A stretch of DNA of 64,000 nucleotides. It comes from Promethearchaeota archaeon. GTDB taxonomy: Archaea > Asgardarchaeota > Lokiarchaeia > Sigyniarchaeales > SOKP01. Every line of letters begins with the position of its first letter. Position 1 is the stretch's first letter. The DNA is taken from assembly GCA_016840165.1 (NCBI GenBank), contig JAEOSU010000029.1:1-64000 (forward strand). Reading direction: 5' to 3'. Below the pieces are notes generated by a model, which did not search any database, was not told the DNA's origin, and saw only the letters and a list, made by a program, of their open reading frames with translations. The translations under genes and the position numbers were made by a program. Below, piece after piece: positions 47,777 to 57,883 of this stretch.

Positions 47777-48598
47777 ATGCCATTTGTAGAAGTTAATGGA
47801 ATTAAATTGTATTATGAAGTTCATGGAGACGGATATCCCTTATTCATACTTCATGGCTACGGAGCGACAAGTAAAGTATGGATTGGTCAAATTGATGCTC
47901 TTTCAAAAAATTATAAAGTCATTGCTTATGATCAACGAAGTTCGGGAAACTCTGACCATCCCAGTGAAGATTATACCTTGGATACCTTAGTAGAAGATTT
48001 AAAAGGATTAATGGACTTTTTGAAGATAGATAAGGCTCATCTTATGGGGCAATCTATGGGTGGGTGGGTGTCTCAAAATTTCGCACTTAAATATCCGGAT
48101 AGAGTAAATAAATTAGTGTTAATTGGTACAAATCATAAAGGAGCGGGATTATATATTCTTAAGAATACATTAATTGACCTTTATGAACTGGCACAAACTA
48201 GTAAGGAAGAAGCATTCTGGAAATATGCGAAATTGATGCATCATAGAAATTTTTTAAAAGAAATGAAAGCAGATCCAAAGAAAAAGTTTTATGGATTATG
48301 GTCAACTGAAGATTTAATGGAAGAACTTACAGAGAATAAGATGACTCCAGATGATTATGAGCGATTCGAAAAAGCAGGTTCTATGCATAACCTTTTAGAT
48401 CGATTACCTGAGGTAAAACATCCAGCGATAATAATTGGTGGTTCTAACGATAAAATGTCTCCTAAGCTCGTTATGGATGAGATGCATGCCAAACTTCCTA
48501 ATAGTACTATAAAGATCTTTGAAAATTCAGGGCATCATGTATTCATCGAAAGAGCACCAGAGGTAAATGATTTAATAATCGACTTTCTAAATAAATAA
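47777..48598 (+). CDS. Alpha/beta hydrolase
   Basis: LHGYG, GQSMGG, GSND, SGHH. Confidence 0.9.
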   Translation: MPFVEVNGIKLYYEVHGDGYPLFILHGYGATSKVWIGQIDALSKNYKVIAYDQRSSGNSDHPSEDYTLDTLVEDLKGLMDFLKIDKAHLMGQSMGGWVSQNFALKYPDRVNKLVLIGTNHKGAGLYILKNTLIDLYELAQTSKEEAFWKYAKLMHHRNFLKEMKADPKKKFYGLWSTEDLMEELTENKMTPDDYERFEKAGSMHNLLDRLPEVKHPAIIIGGSNDKMSPKLVMDEMHAKLPNSTIKIFENSGHHVFIERAPEVNDLIIDFLNK

Positions 48599-48767
48599 AT
48601 TTTTTTTTTTCTAAATCTTCATTTCTGTAAATGAAGGGAAATATTCCTACCAAAACAGTTTTCATTAAATCGATACTTAAGCTTTTTTAAGGCGTATAAC
48701 TAATTTTAATGTAATTATATGTTTTATTATTTGAAATAGTCAATATCTGTAGAAACTGAGAAAATTT

Positions 48768-49313
48768 ATGGCCGATTTAAAAGATCTTACAGTTCCTCTT
48801 TTAGATAAATTAGCAAAAGAATGCTATATTACCTTCAAAAGTGGCGATAAAAAAAAAGATAAAATTAGAAAAATCGATGAAGCAGATATCGACCCATTGC
48901 GGTTACAATCTCTTATAAATAAGTATGCCGGTAAAAGAAAGAAATCAAAAAGAATCTCCTCGGATCAATTTTCCGAATTAAAAGGAAGGATCAAATTATT
49001 AGAGGAACAGGTAAAATTTTTGATGTCAAAAATTTCTTTTAGTGAAATTGAACTACTGGAGGAAGAAAATCGCAATGTCATAACAATATCAAGTGATTTA
49101 GGAGATATTAAACGATTTATCACATCTATCATTTCACCTGGTGAATCAATAACAATTGATGAATTAATCGAAATAAAACAACTTCAAAAAATCCCATTAA
49201 TCACTCTAAAACACGTCATATATGATCTAATTGACGAAAACGTATTTGAGGCAATAGAGGGAAATTCACGACAAAAAATTGGTAATAAAGTTGGAATGTT
49301 AAAAAGGATTTAA
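48768..49313 (+). CDS. Hypothetical protein with short coiled coil and C-terminal wHTH-like region
   Basis: SITIDEL...LKHVIYDLIDENVF pattern. Confidence 0.7.
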   Translation: MADLKDLTVPLLDKLAKECYITFKSGDKKKDKIRKIDEADIDPLRLQSLINKYAGKRKKSKRISSDQFSELKGRIKLLEEQVKFLMSKISFSEIELLEEENRNVITISSDLGDIKRFITSIISPGESITIDELIEIKQLQKIPLITLKHVIYDLIDENVFEAIEGNSRQKIGNKVGMLKRI

Positions 49314-49553
49314 AATCTAAGTGATTATAGTACCTTTGGTATCTTAACTAAATCTTATGTTGAATCTGTCTTACATATATCTCCTAAATATTGTATTGCT
49401 CTTACAGAGGAATATATTAATACAACGATGCAATTTGCTTTGAAACTCTTTGAATTAGGTTATATTGATCAAAAACTCGAAGTAAGTGATATTTTTGAGT
49501 CTAAATTTGTAAAGCAAATCCATCATGAACGTAGCCATTATGGTAATCTATAA
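49314..49553 (+). pseudogene. C-terminal fragment of a NitT/TauT-type ABC substrate-binding protein
   Basis: Start-less 79-codon frame ...VLHISPKYCIALTEEYINTTMQFALKLFELGYI...IHHERSHY; family recognised from memory. Confidence 0.55.
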
Positions 49554-49588
49554 GAAAAAAATTTAATTAATCATACATCTAACAAATT

Positions 49589-50236
49589 ATGGATTTTTTA
49601 ACGATCTTAATTACGTATGGAATCTTATTTGTTGGAGAATTAGGCGATAAAACACAATTAATAGTTTTCAATCTTGCGTTAGAATATCCAAAATTTTATA
49701 AAGTTGGGATTGGCGCGTCGTTAGGGTTTGCTGTCATAGTAACCCTTGGAGTATTTTTTGGGGCGCTCATTACTGCGTTTATTCCTGTTTTCATTATATC
49801 TATAATTTCTGGGATTATATTCATAGTTATCGGATTATTAGAGAGTCGTAATTTGAAATCTCTCTATAAAGAGAATAAGCGAGGTAAATCAAACTCTCAA
49901 AGTCCAGTTAATAATATAAGTTCAGAGGAATCTTTAGAAATTACTAAAAAAAGCAAATTTGCGAAATTAAAAAAAAATCCCTACTTAGCGGGATTTTTTG
50001 CCATTTTTATTATGGAGTTAGGAGATAAAACTCAACTTTTAACAATAACTCTTGCTTCCATATATGCTGCACCAATAGAAGTGTGGCTTGGATCATTTTT
50101 AGCTCTAATAACTGTCGCTTGGATAGGTATTTTATTAGGCGGATTTATTGCGCGAAAAGTTTCAAAGTTTTATTTAAAACTAATTTCAGTAGCTCTCTTT
50201 ATATTTGTGGGGGTATTGATATTATTTACCATTTAA
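49589..50236 (+). CDS. TMEM165/GDT1 (UPF0016) Mn2+/Ca2+ transporter
   Basis: Two ELGDKTQ motifs. Confidence 0.93.
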   Translation: MDFLTILITYGILFVGELGDKTQLIVFNLALEYPKFYKVGIGASLGFAVIVTLGVFFGALITAFIPVFIISIISGIIFIVIGLLESRNLKSLYKENKRGKSNSQSPVNNISSEESLEITKKSKFAKLKKNPYLAGFFAIFIMELGDKTQLLTITLASIYAAPIEVWLGSFLALITVAWIGILLGGFIARKVSKFYLKLISVALFIFVGVLILFTI

Positions 50237-51159
50237 TTAATATTACACGATTTCAGATAATCGTTAGAAACAACTTGAATTGTCGATTCGATGATATTAT
50301 ATTCCTTATGGAGAAATTCATTGATCTCTGAAATTAAATCGACATCTCCACCTTCTTTTTTCTCATTTTTTAACACTATATATGCTGAAAAGACTAGCAT
50401 ATCGGGAGTTATAGTCCATAAATGCATATTAAATAGTTCACTTATTTCAGAGAAATTATTTTTTAAGTTCGTTGAAATAATATGAACATTCATTCCCTTA
50501 GGAGCAACCTCAAGCAATATTCTAGTAGATTCCTTTAATATGCCTATCGCCCAATATAAAATAATAATAGATATTCCAATACTGACGAGTGGGTCTAAAA
50601 TGTACCAATTGGTATAATTGATTATAAACGCAACAGTGACAATTCCAATCGAAGAGGCTGCATCGGCTATCATATGAAAAAAGACACTCTTGACATTTAG
50701 GCTTTTATTTTTGCCTTTACTTAATATGAGTATACTTGAGATGTTTACTGCTAATCCCACAAGAGCAACAAAAAACATATAAAATCCGGCAACTTCAATT
50801 GGATTCAAAAATCTCATAATCGCCTCATATAATATAAATCCAATAATTGGTAAAAGAAAGAGACCATTAATGAATGCCGCTAAAATTTCTGAACGATATA
50901 AACCAAAGGTCTTATGATGACAAGGAGGCTTTTTTGCAATGTAAATTGCTAATAAGCTTATACCAATGGCAAAAGCATGTGTGAACATGTGTCCAGCATC
51001 GCTAATTAAAGCAATACTATATGTTATTAACCCCCCTATAATTTCTACTATCATTACGATTAATGTAATAGTTAATGAAAGGATTAACCTCTTTTTTTCT
51101 ACACTTCGATATTCGAATAATTGACTTGATATTTGATTGAAGTCTTTTTTCTCTTCCAT
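50233..51159 (-). CDS. Cation diffusion facilitator (CzcD/ZitB-like)
   Basis: SIALISDAGHMFTH, TFGLYRSE, HMIAD, ILDP, MHLW. Confidence 0.92.
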   Translation of the reverse strand: MEEKKDFNQISSQLFEYRSVEKKRLILSLTITLIVMIVEIIGGLITYSIALISDAGHMFTHAFAIGISLLAIYIAKKPPCHHKTFGLYRSEILAAFINGLFLLPIIGFILYEAIMRFLNPIEVAGFYMFFVALVGLAVNISSILILSKGKNKSLNVKSVFFHMIADAASSIGIVTVAFIINYTNWYILDPLVSIGISIIILYWAIGILKESTRILLEVAPKGMNVHIISTNLKNNFSEISELFNMHLWTITPDMLVFSAYIVLKNEKKEGGDVDLISEINEFLHKEYNIIESTIQVVSNDYLKSCNIN

Positions 51160-51355
51160 TATAAATATCACCAGGCGTAAACAAGGTAAATTAATGCTCT
51201 AATAAGGAAATTTGTGTTAGAAAGTCTAATAAAAACCAACTTGATAAAGTAAAATTCTATTTAAAATTAAAATTTACTACTAATATAATATTAAGAATTA
51301 TAATAAGAAATATATCAATATTGCATTGATCATTTCTTAAAGAGGATAAGAGATA

Positions 51356-52141
51356 ATGAAAATTGTTGATTTGGAAGAAAAATATAACCAACTTTACTTC
51401 ATGTGCCTTGAAGATTGGTCTGATGAGATGAAAGAAGCAGGAGATCACAAGGAAAAATGGTACCATAAAATGAAAGATAAAGGTTTAGGTGTGAAACTTG
51501 CACTAAACGATAATGAGGATGTGGTTGGGATGATTCAATATCTTCCAATTGAATTCTCCCCTGCTGAAGGAACTCAAGCTTATTTTATCAGTTGTATATG
51601 GGTTCATGGATATGAAGAGGGTGTTGGTAATTTTCAAAAGAAAGGAATAGGAAAAGAGCTATTAAAAGCCGCCGAACAAGATATTAAGAATAGAGAGGTT
51701 TCAGGGATCGCTGCATGGGGTCTATCCTTACCCTTTTGGATGAAGGCATCGTGGTTTAAAAAGCAAGGTTATGAAAAAGTGGATAAGGATGGAGTTGCTG
51801 TCTTATTGTGGAAACCTTTTAATAAAGAGATTAAAATCCCTAATTGGATTAAACTAAAAAAAAAGCCCAAAAAAAACCCTGGAAAAGTAACCGTCACAGC
51901 TTTTTCAAATGGTTGGTGTCCCGCACAAAATATTGTTTTTGAAAGAGCAAAGAGAGCTGCTAGTGAATTTGGAAATACAGTAATATTTCAAGGAATTGAT
52001 ACTTTTAATCGAGATACCTTTAAAGAATGGGGTATTTATGATGGTCTCTTCATCGATGGTAAAGAAATAAGGACGGGACCACCTCCTACTTATGAAGATT
52101 TAGTAAAGAAAATCAAAAAAAGAGTAAAAAAGTTGAAATAG
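51356..52141 (+). CDS. GNAT acetyltransferase with thioredoxin-like (YoaP-like) C-terminal domain
   Basis: FISCIWV...QKKGIGKELL; GWCP...LFIDG. Confidence 0.8.
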   Translation: MKIVDLEEKYNQLYFMCLEDWSDEMKEAGDHKEKWYHKMKDKGLGVKLALNDNEDVVGMIQYLPIEFSPAEGTQAYFISCIWVHGYEEGVGNFQKKGIGKELLKAAEQDIKNREVSGIAAWGLSLPFWMKASWFKKQGYEKVDKDGVAVLLWKPFNKEIKIPNWIKLKKKPKKNPGKVTVTAFSNGWCPAQNIVFERAKRAASEFGNTVIFQGIDTFNRDTFKEWGIYDGLFIDGKEIRTGPPPTYEDLVKKIKKRVKKLK

Positions 52142-52184
52142 ACTATTAAAATAACTTAATTGCATTTATTAAATAAGCAAAATT

Positions 52185-53315
52185 TTATTTTTGTTTTTTT
52201 CTTTCAATCTTTTTTCGCACTACACAATGTGTTGGTCCTGTGAGCATAGAAAGATAGCACGAATTGCAACTTATACACTTAGCTGGAGTGATATCTCCAC
52301 TCTGCCATCTTTTTGGTAAATCCGGTTCATATAATAATGGTCTACTTATCGAAATAAAGTCAGCATTTCCATTCTTAAGGATTTTTTCGGCGGATATTGG
52401 ATTTTTAATGCCTCCTACCATAATTAATTTACTTTCCCCCATAAAGGGTTTTAGTTCTTTTGCTACGGCTAAGAAATAATTCTCGTCATCGGTACTTTTA
52501 ATGATTTTACTAGGATAGGCATTAGGTGTTCCAATTTGAGTTTCACCAATACCACCACTCGGTTCAATAGCATCAAAACCGGATTTTATAATAATTTTCG
52601 CAATATTAATGCCATCATCAAGTATTAATCCACCCGGTATAAAATCTTGGGTTTGAAGCTTAATAATAATTGGAAAACTTTTACCAACTTTTTCTCTCAG
52701 TTGCTCATGTATCATTATTAAGATTCGAGTCATATTTTCAATGTTTCCTCCATATTCGTCGTCTCTTCTATTTGTATAGGGGGATATAAAATTACTAAGT
52801 AGATAACCATGAGCCGCATGTAATTGGACCATATCATATCCACATAGGTATGAGCGATATCCTGCATCGACAAATTTTTTAATTATTACTTCAATTTCTT
52901 TCTTTGATAGTTTTCGCGGTGTTAAACCGGTAATTTTGTCTTTTACAGCAGTGGGAGCAACAGGTGGGTATTTAGGATGAACTCCTTGCTTTCCTGTATG
53001 GCCAATTTGAGCAGCAATTTTTACTTCGGGAATATCATGCACTTTTTCAACTAACTTTCTTTGCCCAGAGATATAGGAATCATTATCTAATCGCGCTTGA
53101 TATGGACTAATTGTTCCTCCAACATCTACTGAAATAAACCCACTTATAATCAAACCTGTTCCTCCTTTTGCTAATTCGTCGTAAAAATTAATCATTTTCT
53201 CTCCAACGCTTCCATACTTTTCAGCTCTTCCTGAAAATGTGGCTGAGCGAACAATTCGATTTTTGATCCGAACAGCTCCAATATAACCGGGGCTAAATAA
53301 CAATTCAACACTCAT
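52185..53315 (-). CDS. NADH:flavin oxidoreductase (Old Yellow Enzyme family)
   Basis: KNRIVRSAT, QLHAAHGYLLSNFISP...RDDEYGG, SRPL, CISCNSC. Confidence 0.93.
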   Translation of the reverse strand: MSVELLFSPGYIGAVRIKNRIVRSATFSGRAEKYGSVGEKMINFYDELAKGGTGLIISGFISVDVGGTISPYQARLDNDSYISGQRKLVEKVHDIPEVKIAAQIGHTGKQGVHPKYPPVAPTAVKDKITGLTPRKLSKKEIEVIIKKFVDAGYRSYLCGYDMVQLHAAHGYLLSNFISPYTNRRDDEYGGNIENMTRILIMIHEQLREKVGKSFPIIIKLQTQDFIPGGLILDDGINIAKIIIKSGFDAIEPSGGIGETQIGTPNAYPSKIIKSTDDENYFLAVAKELKPFMGESKLIMVGGIKNPISAEKILKNGNADFISISRPLLYEPDLPKRWQSGDITPAKCISCNSCYLSMLTGPTHCVVRKKIERKKQK

Positions 53316-53426
53316 TGGTATCGATTCTTCTTAATTTTTAAAACCTAAAAGAAAATAAATATAAATTAATTTTGAATTTTATCCTTATTATTTAATTATG
53401 AATTTGCAGTAAAATTGTGATGAATA

Positions 53427-53828
53427 ATGCTCTTAGACTTTTTCAATGAGGATTGGGCTCAAACTTTCTCTTCAATTGAGGATATATTTTGGTTTCTCAT
53501 TCTTTATCTCATATTTCTGTTGATTATGTCGATATTCCTATCGATTGCAATAAATCTTTTTAGTTCAGCGAAAAACTCAGGTTTTGGCTCTGTGTTTGCT
53601 ACATCCTTTGTGATTACCATTTTTTATGCAGTTATCTTTCTATTTCTCCAAGGATTGTTAGCTTGGATAATTGTCTTAGTTATCGCATGGTTGATCATTA
53701 GTGCAAGGCACCACATAGGATTTCTGGGAGCTATATTGGCCACAGTAATAGCCTTTATTCTTTATGTAATCGTAGCTATTGTTCTTGGAATAATATTTAA
53801 TGTGACACTAATCGTACTCCCATTTTAA
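53427..53828 (+). CDS. Four-TM membrane protein
   Basis: Hydrophobic segments throughout. Confidence 0.7.
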   Translation: MLLDFFNEDWAQTFSSIEDIFWFLILYLIFLLIMSIFLSIAINLFSSAKNSGFGSVFATSFVITIFYAVIFLFLQGLLAWIIVLVIAWLIISARHHIGFLGAILATVIAFILYVIVAIVLGIIFNVTLIVLPF

Positions 53829-53886
53829 ATACTTTTTTTCTTTTTTTTTACATCTAAAAAGAGTTTCAGAACAGATAATTCTGTAT

Positions 53887-55206
53887 TTAGGTCAAGCTTT
53901 GAATACGTTCCTGAAAGATCCTTTCTGTTTCATCCATTTCTTTAATAACATTTCTAAGTACAGGTATCCAAAAGAATGGAATTAAAATCCATGCAAAAAT
54001 AGCTGTCATCATCCCAAGCACATACTCGAAAAGGTCTGCGATGACTGCTCCGATTAATGGACCAATTGCTCGCCCTATAATATCGAAAAAATTGGATGCA
54101 GCCAAAACTGTTCCACGATGTTCCGGAAGATTTAAATCTGCAACGGTTGCATACCAATTTCCATTGACTGCTCCATTAGTGAACATTCCTATCATAAATA
54201 GAATTATCCAAATCAATAAACCAGGAAATATGTTTGGAGGTCTAAATGGGATTATTAAGGCGATAAAAAGAAAGGGGATTGGAAACACATTGCCAAATAA
54301 AGCTAGCTTAACTCTTGCCTTCTTATTTCCTTTGCTAAAGGCTCTATCACCAATGATGCCAAAAATAATCGTTCCCAAAATAATAAATATTAAAATTAAA
54401 AGCATTACAAATATCGTAATTTCAGAGGGTATGCCATGATATTCTTCCATATATGCATACAACAAGAAAAGAATTATCCCGCTAGGGATATTATCCACAA
54501 AATTAATAATTAGCCAGATATTCGCTTTCTTCTTAAAGATTGTGTTTAAATCAGAAAAATTTATACGATATGTATATTCTATTCCGTCCTTCTCTAATAG
54601 ATAAAACTGATCTTTCCCAATTCTAGATGGCTCCTTAAAAAAAATAAAAAGGATCGCTCCTACTAACCCCATAAAACCTATTATAAAAAAAGGAACTCTC
54701 CAGTCTGAGGATCCGATAAACGTTGCTAACCCTGTACCAACAACTATACCAAAGAACGAGGCAATAGAAAAAAATGAATAACCTTTCGAGCGGCTTTCCC
54801 TAGAAATTATATCTCCAATAAGTGAAAATATACTAGGAACAAGAGCGCCATATCCCACTCCCGTTATAATCGTGAGGAAAAAGAATAGAATATATCCTCC
54901 TCCTCCAGATGGTATAACTATTGTTAATAGCGCAAATAATGAAAAGATAAATGCTCCACAAAATACTATCCACTTTCTTGTTATTTTATCCGCTAAATAT
55001 CCAAAAATTAGCATGAAAATACCTGATGCTAATGTAAATGAAAACGTAAGCACACCTAATGGAGTAGTATCGCCACCAAATCCAAAAAAATAGGAAATAG
55101 CAATTAAATTAGGAGATATCATATTAGAAATTGATGATATTAGTGTAGCAATTAGAATAAAAAGAATAAATGATAACAGAGGGAGATTATTCGTATCTTT
55201 TTTCAT
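53887..55206 (-). CDS. MFS transporter
   Basis: GYLADKITRK motif A, DWRVPF, PEHRG; about 12 TM. Confidence 0.9.
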   Translation of the reverse strand: MKKDTNNLPLLSFILFILIATLISSISNMISPNLIAISYFFGFGGDTTPLGVLTFSFTLASGIFMLIFGYLADKITRKWIVFCGAFIFSLFALLTIVIPSGGGGYILFFFLTIITGVGYGALVPSIFSLIGDIISRESRSKGYSFFSIASFFGIVVGTGLATFIGSSDWRVPFFIIGFMGLVGAILFIFFKEPSRIGKDQFYLLEKDGIEYTYRINFSDLNTIFKKKANIWLIINFVDNIPSGIILFLLYAYMEEYHGIPSEITIFVMLLILIFIILGTIIFGIIGDRAFSKGNKKARVKLALFGNVFPIPFLFIALIIPFRPPNIFPGLLIWIILFMIGMFTNGAVNGNWYATVADLNLPEHRGTVLAASNFFDIIGRAIGPLIGAVIADLFEYVLGMMTAIFAWILIPFFWIPVLRNVIKEMDETERIFQERIQSLT

Positions 55207-55284
55207 ATAACATAATGGGATGTGTTACTTTAAAAAGATTCAATTTAATAATTAGGCAAATGTGGTTTAAAAATAAATTATATT

Positions 55285-55731
55285 TTAGCAGAGTTCTCCA
55301 TCTTTTTGATAGCAATCAAAAAGACTGTCTATATTATCGATATAATCGGTCATTTTACGATACCATCTATTTAACAAATCACGAAACTCCTTTTTAATTG
55401 TCTTTAGATCTTTTGCACCATATACGTATAAATATCCTCGTTTGTTTGTTTCATCCGTACCTTTTTGTTGAACGTAATCTTTCAATGACATTGACTTTCT
55501 ATCAATAACATTTAAGTCGTATAGATTTTGTAATGCTCTCTGAATGGAACTTCGATCTTTTTCAAGAGCTTTCGCAAGCTCCATAGTACTTGCATTATCG
55601 TTTTTTAGCAAGTATGAAAATACATTAGTTTCAATTTCATTCAATCCTAAAATACATTTGAATAGGTTTCCACTCTTGAATATTTTCTTTTCCTCAAGCA
55701 TACCCTTCAATTGTTCTGTAATACTTTCCAT
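55285..55731 (-). CDS. Archaeal TrmB-like HTH transcription regulator
   Basis: CILGLNEIE...STMELAKALEKDRSSIQRALQNL...GYLYVY. Confidence 0.85.
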   Translation of the reverse strand: MESITEQLKGMLEEKKIFKSGNLFKCILGLNEIETNVFSYLLKNDNASTMELAKALEKDRSSIQRALQNLYDLNVIDRKSMSLKDYVQQKGTDETNKRGYLYVYGAKDLKTIKKEFRDLLNRWYRKMTDYIDNIDSLFDCYQKDGELC

Positions 55732-55787
55732 TTTACATCCCTTTAAAAAAAATTATTATAATAAAAGAAAAAATACCAATTTTGATT

Positions 55788-56192
55788 TTATATCGAATTT
55801 AAATTTTCTAAAATTTTCTTCATACTGTTATAATTCATTGAACCAACGATTTTTTGAATTACTTTTCCTTCTTTAATGAATAAAGTAGTCGGAATCCCCG
55901 TAATTCCAAATCTTTGAGCGATTGAACCAATTTCATCGACATTCACTTTCGTAAATATAAAGTTTCCAGAAAATTCTTGCTGTAGTTTCTCAAAGACAGG
56001 TGCAAATGCTATGCAAGGTCCACACCATACAGCCCAGAAATCAATAACAACTATCCTATCAGGATAATCAGCTAGCAGTTTATTAAATTCTTCATTACTA
56101 TGAATTTTAATGATCTCTTTAGGCATCTTCTGAAGCTTCATCATCATTTCTACTTTTTTCATGCGGATTCTTTCCAAGTCATTATCAGACAT
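55788..56192 (-). CDS. trxA: Thioredoxin with N-terminal helical extension
   Basis: DFWAVWCGPC, KVNVDE, GIPT. Confidence 0.93.
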   Translation of the reverse strand: MSDNDLERIRMKKVEMMMKLQKMPKEIIKIHSNEEFNKLLADYPDRIVVIDFWAVWCGPCIAFAPVFEKLQQEFSGNFIFTKVNVDEIGSIAQRFGITGIPTTLFIKEGKVIQKIVGSMNYNSMKKILENLNSI

Positions 56193-56232
56193 ATAAATTT
56201 TTCATCCATTTTGGTTATTTCTTTATTAAGTA

Positions 56233-56261
56233 AAAGTTGTGTAAGTTATGTAAGCAACTTT
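56233..56261. promoter_or_regulatory. Candidate operator: AAAGTTG-N15-CAACTTT
   Basis: 7-bp inverted repeat enclosing two TGTAAG direct repeats, about 40 bp upstream of trx. Confidence 0.4.
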
Positions 56262-56350
56262 CTTAATTTAGAATAAAGAAGATTTATTTTTAAATGTCAT
56301 GTTTATGAAAAAAAACTATTTTATATTCTTTGATTGAATTGCTATCTTTT

Positions 56351-56881
56351 TCAGTTTTTCTTCTTTTGCAGTAAGAGTTTTATCAATCCTATGAAAGGAT
56401 TAAGCCGAGGTACCTCTTTTTTGTATACTTCATATTCCTCGCCAAATTTTGCAATAAGTTTTTTATCTTCAGTATAGGTCCATTGATAAATTAAAATAAT
56501 GATTAGAGCACTAAAAAGTATATTAAACCAAACAGGGTTCCATAAAGTAATACTAATTGAAAATAGGATACCGCCTAAATATTGAGGATGTCGAATGAGT
56601 GCATATGGACCATGTTTTACTATTTTTGTAGTATGAAGATAGCTTTTTCCCTTTTCAACCTCCCCTCGTTTCCTAAAAGTGAAAAATGAGATAAATGCAA
56701 AATAAAGACTGAAGATCCATATTACCCATCCACTATAGTACAATAGAGGGATATAAAGTGAGCTTTCAGCAATAAACAATAAGACCACTTGAAAGATAAA
56801 GACTATTGTAAATAGAACAGTTAATAAGATATCTCCTATTGTGAATTTTTGTTTGTTATTTTCAGTTGATTCCTTAATAAT
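56351..56881 (-). CDS. Isoprenylcysteine carboxyl methyltransferase/PEMT-family membrane protein
   Basis: GPYALIRHPQY...EDKKL...FGEEYEVYKKEVPR. Frame is open 31 codons upstream of the listed GTG and adds a TM helix. Confidence 0.85.
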   Translation of the reverse strand: MIKESTENNKQKFTIGDILLTVLFTIVFIFQVVLLFIAESSLYIPLLYYSGWVIWIFSLYFAFISFFTFRKRGEVEKGKSYLHTTKIVKHGPYALIRHPQYLGGILFSISITLWNPVWFNILFSALIIILIYQWTYTEDKKLIAKFGEEYEVYKKEVPRLNPFIGLIKLLLQKKKN

Positions 56882-57069
56882 TTATCACTATCTGATATTT
56901 TTTTCATTGGAATTTCTTGATAGAATAAATTATTGTTTCTCCCTTTTAAATCGGTAATAAAATAATTTTTTTTTTTTTAATTTCAAAATTCAAGATTTAA
57001 CATTTACTAATACTTATAAGATTGGACTTCTATTATTAATTCTAATAGATTTAATGAAAATCATCCATA

Positions 57070-57822
57070 ATGAAGATTCATTCTTTATTCATTCTAAACA
57101 AAACTGGCGCTTGTATCTACAGTAGAAATTTCACAGAAGATTTTAGAAATATCGAACCTAACTTGATTACGCCTTTTTTTTCAGCAATTTTCTCATTTTC
57201 AGAAAACGTAATCTCACAAAAGACACCGGAGGTATTGGAAATGGGAGGATTTCGATTTGTCTTTCAAATAAAGGAAGAATTTATTTATACGATATTATCA
57301 GATTCTAGTGTAAGCTTGCTTTTTATAAAATCACGTTTGAAAACTATTACTAAGGAATTCGAAAATTTTTTGGAACAAAATGCAATTGAAGATTATGAAA
57401 TAGTTCAGAACGAAGAATTTGATGAAAAAATAGACGGAATTATCACGGGGGATGATATCATCACCAATAGTAAAGTTCTTTATAAAAAAATCATAGATCT
57501 TATTAAAAAACTAGTTTATGAAAATGAAATTTTAGGAGCTGCTTTATTTGCTATTAATGGAAAGGTTATCTATACCTCTCTTCCACAAAATATACTATTA
57601 TCCTCTATCAAAGAATTGGAAATTCGTTTTATGGTGGCTAATGAGTTTGATGAGACCTTCTATAGTCTAGAAAACGATCAAAGAGTTTTTTCTAAGCGTA
57701 TTAGAATTCCGTGGAAACTAGAACCCCTAATAATTGTAGTTCTATTTGACTCTGGTGTACCTACTGGTATGGCTGAAGTAAACTTAGATAAAATAGTTAA
57801 AAATATTGAAAATATTATCTAA
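57070..57822 (+). CDS. Longin + roadblock-like two-domain protein
   Basis: LFILNKTGACIYSRNF...LITPFFSAIFSF (longin); ILGAALFAINGKVIYTSL (roadblock-like). Confidence 0.8.
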   Translation: MKIHSLFILNKTGACIYSRNFTEDFRNIEPNLITPFFSAIFSFSENVISQKTPEVLEMGGFRFVFQIKEEFIYTILSDSSVSLLFIKSRLKTITKEFENFLEQNAIEDYEIVQNEEFDEKIDGIITGDDIITNSKVLYKKIIDLIKKLVYENEILGAALFAINGKVIYTSLPQNILLSSIKELEIRFMVANEFDETFYSLENDQRVFSKRIRIPWKLEPLIIVVLFDSGVPTGMAEVNLDKIVKNIENII

Positions 57823-57883
57823 TGAACTCAATTTTTCAATAAAACCAAAATTTTTTTACTGCTTAATATTTACATTCATACTT

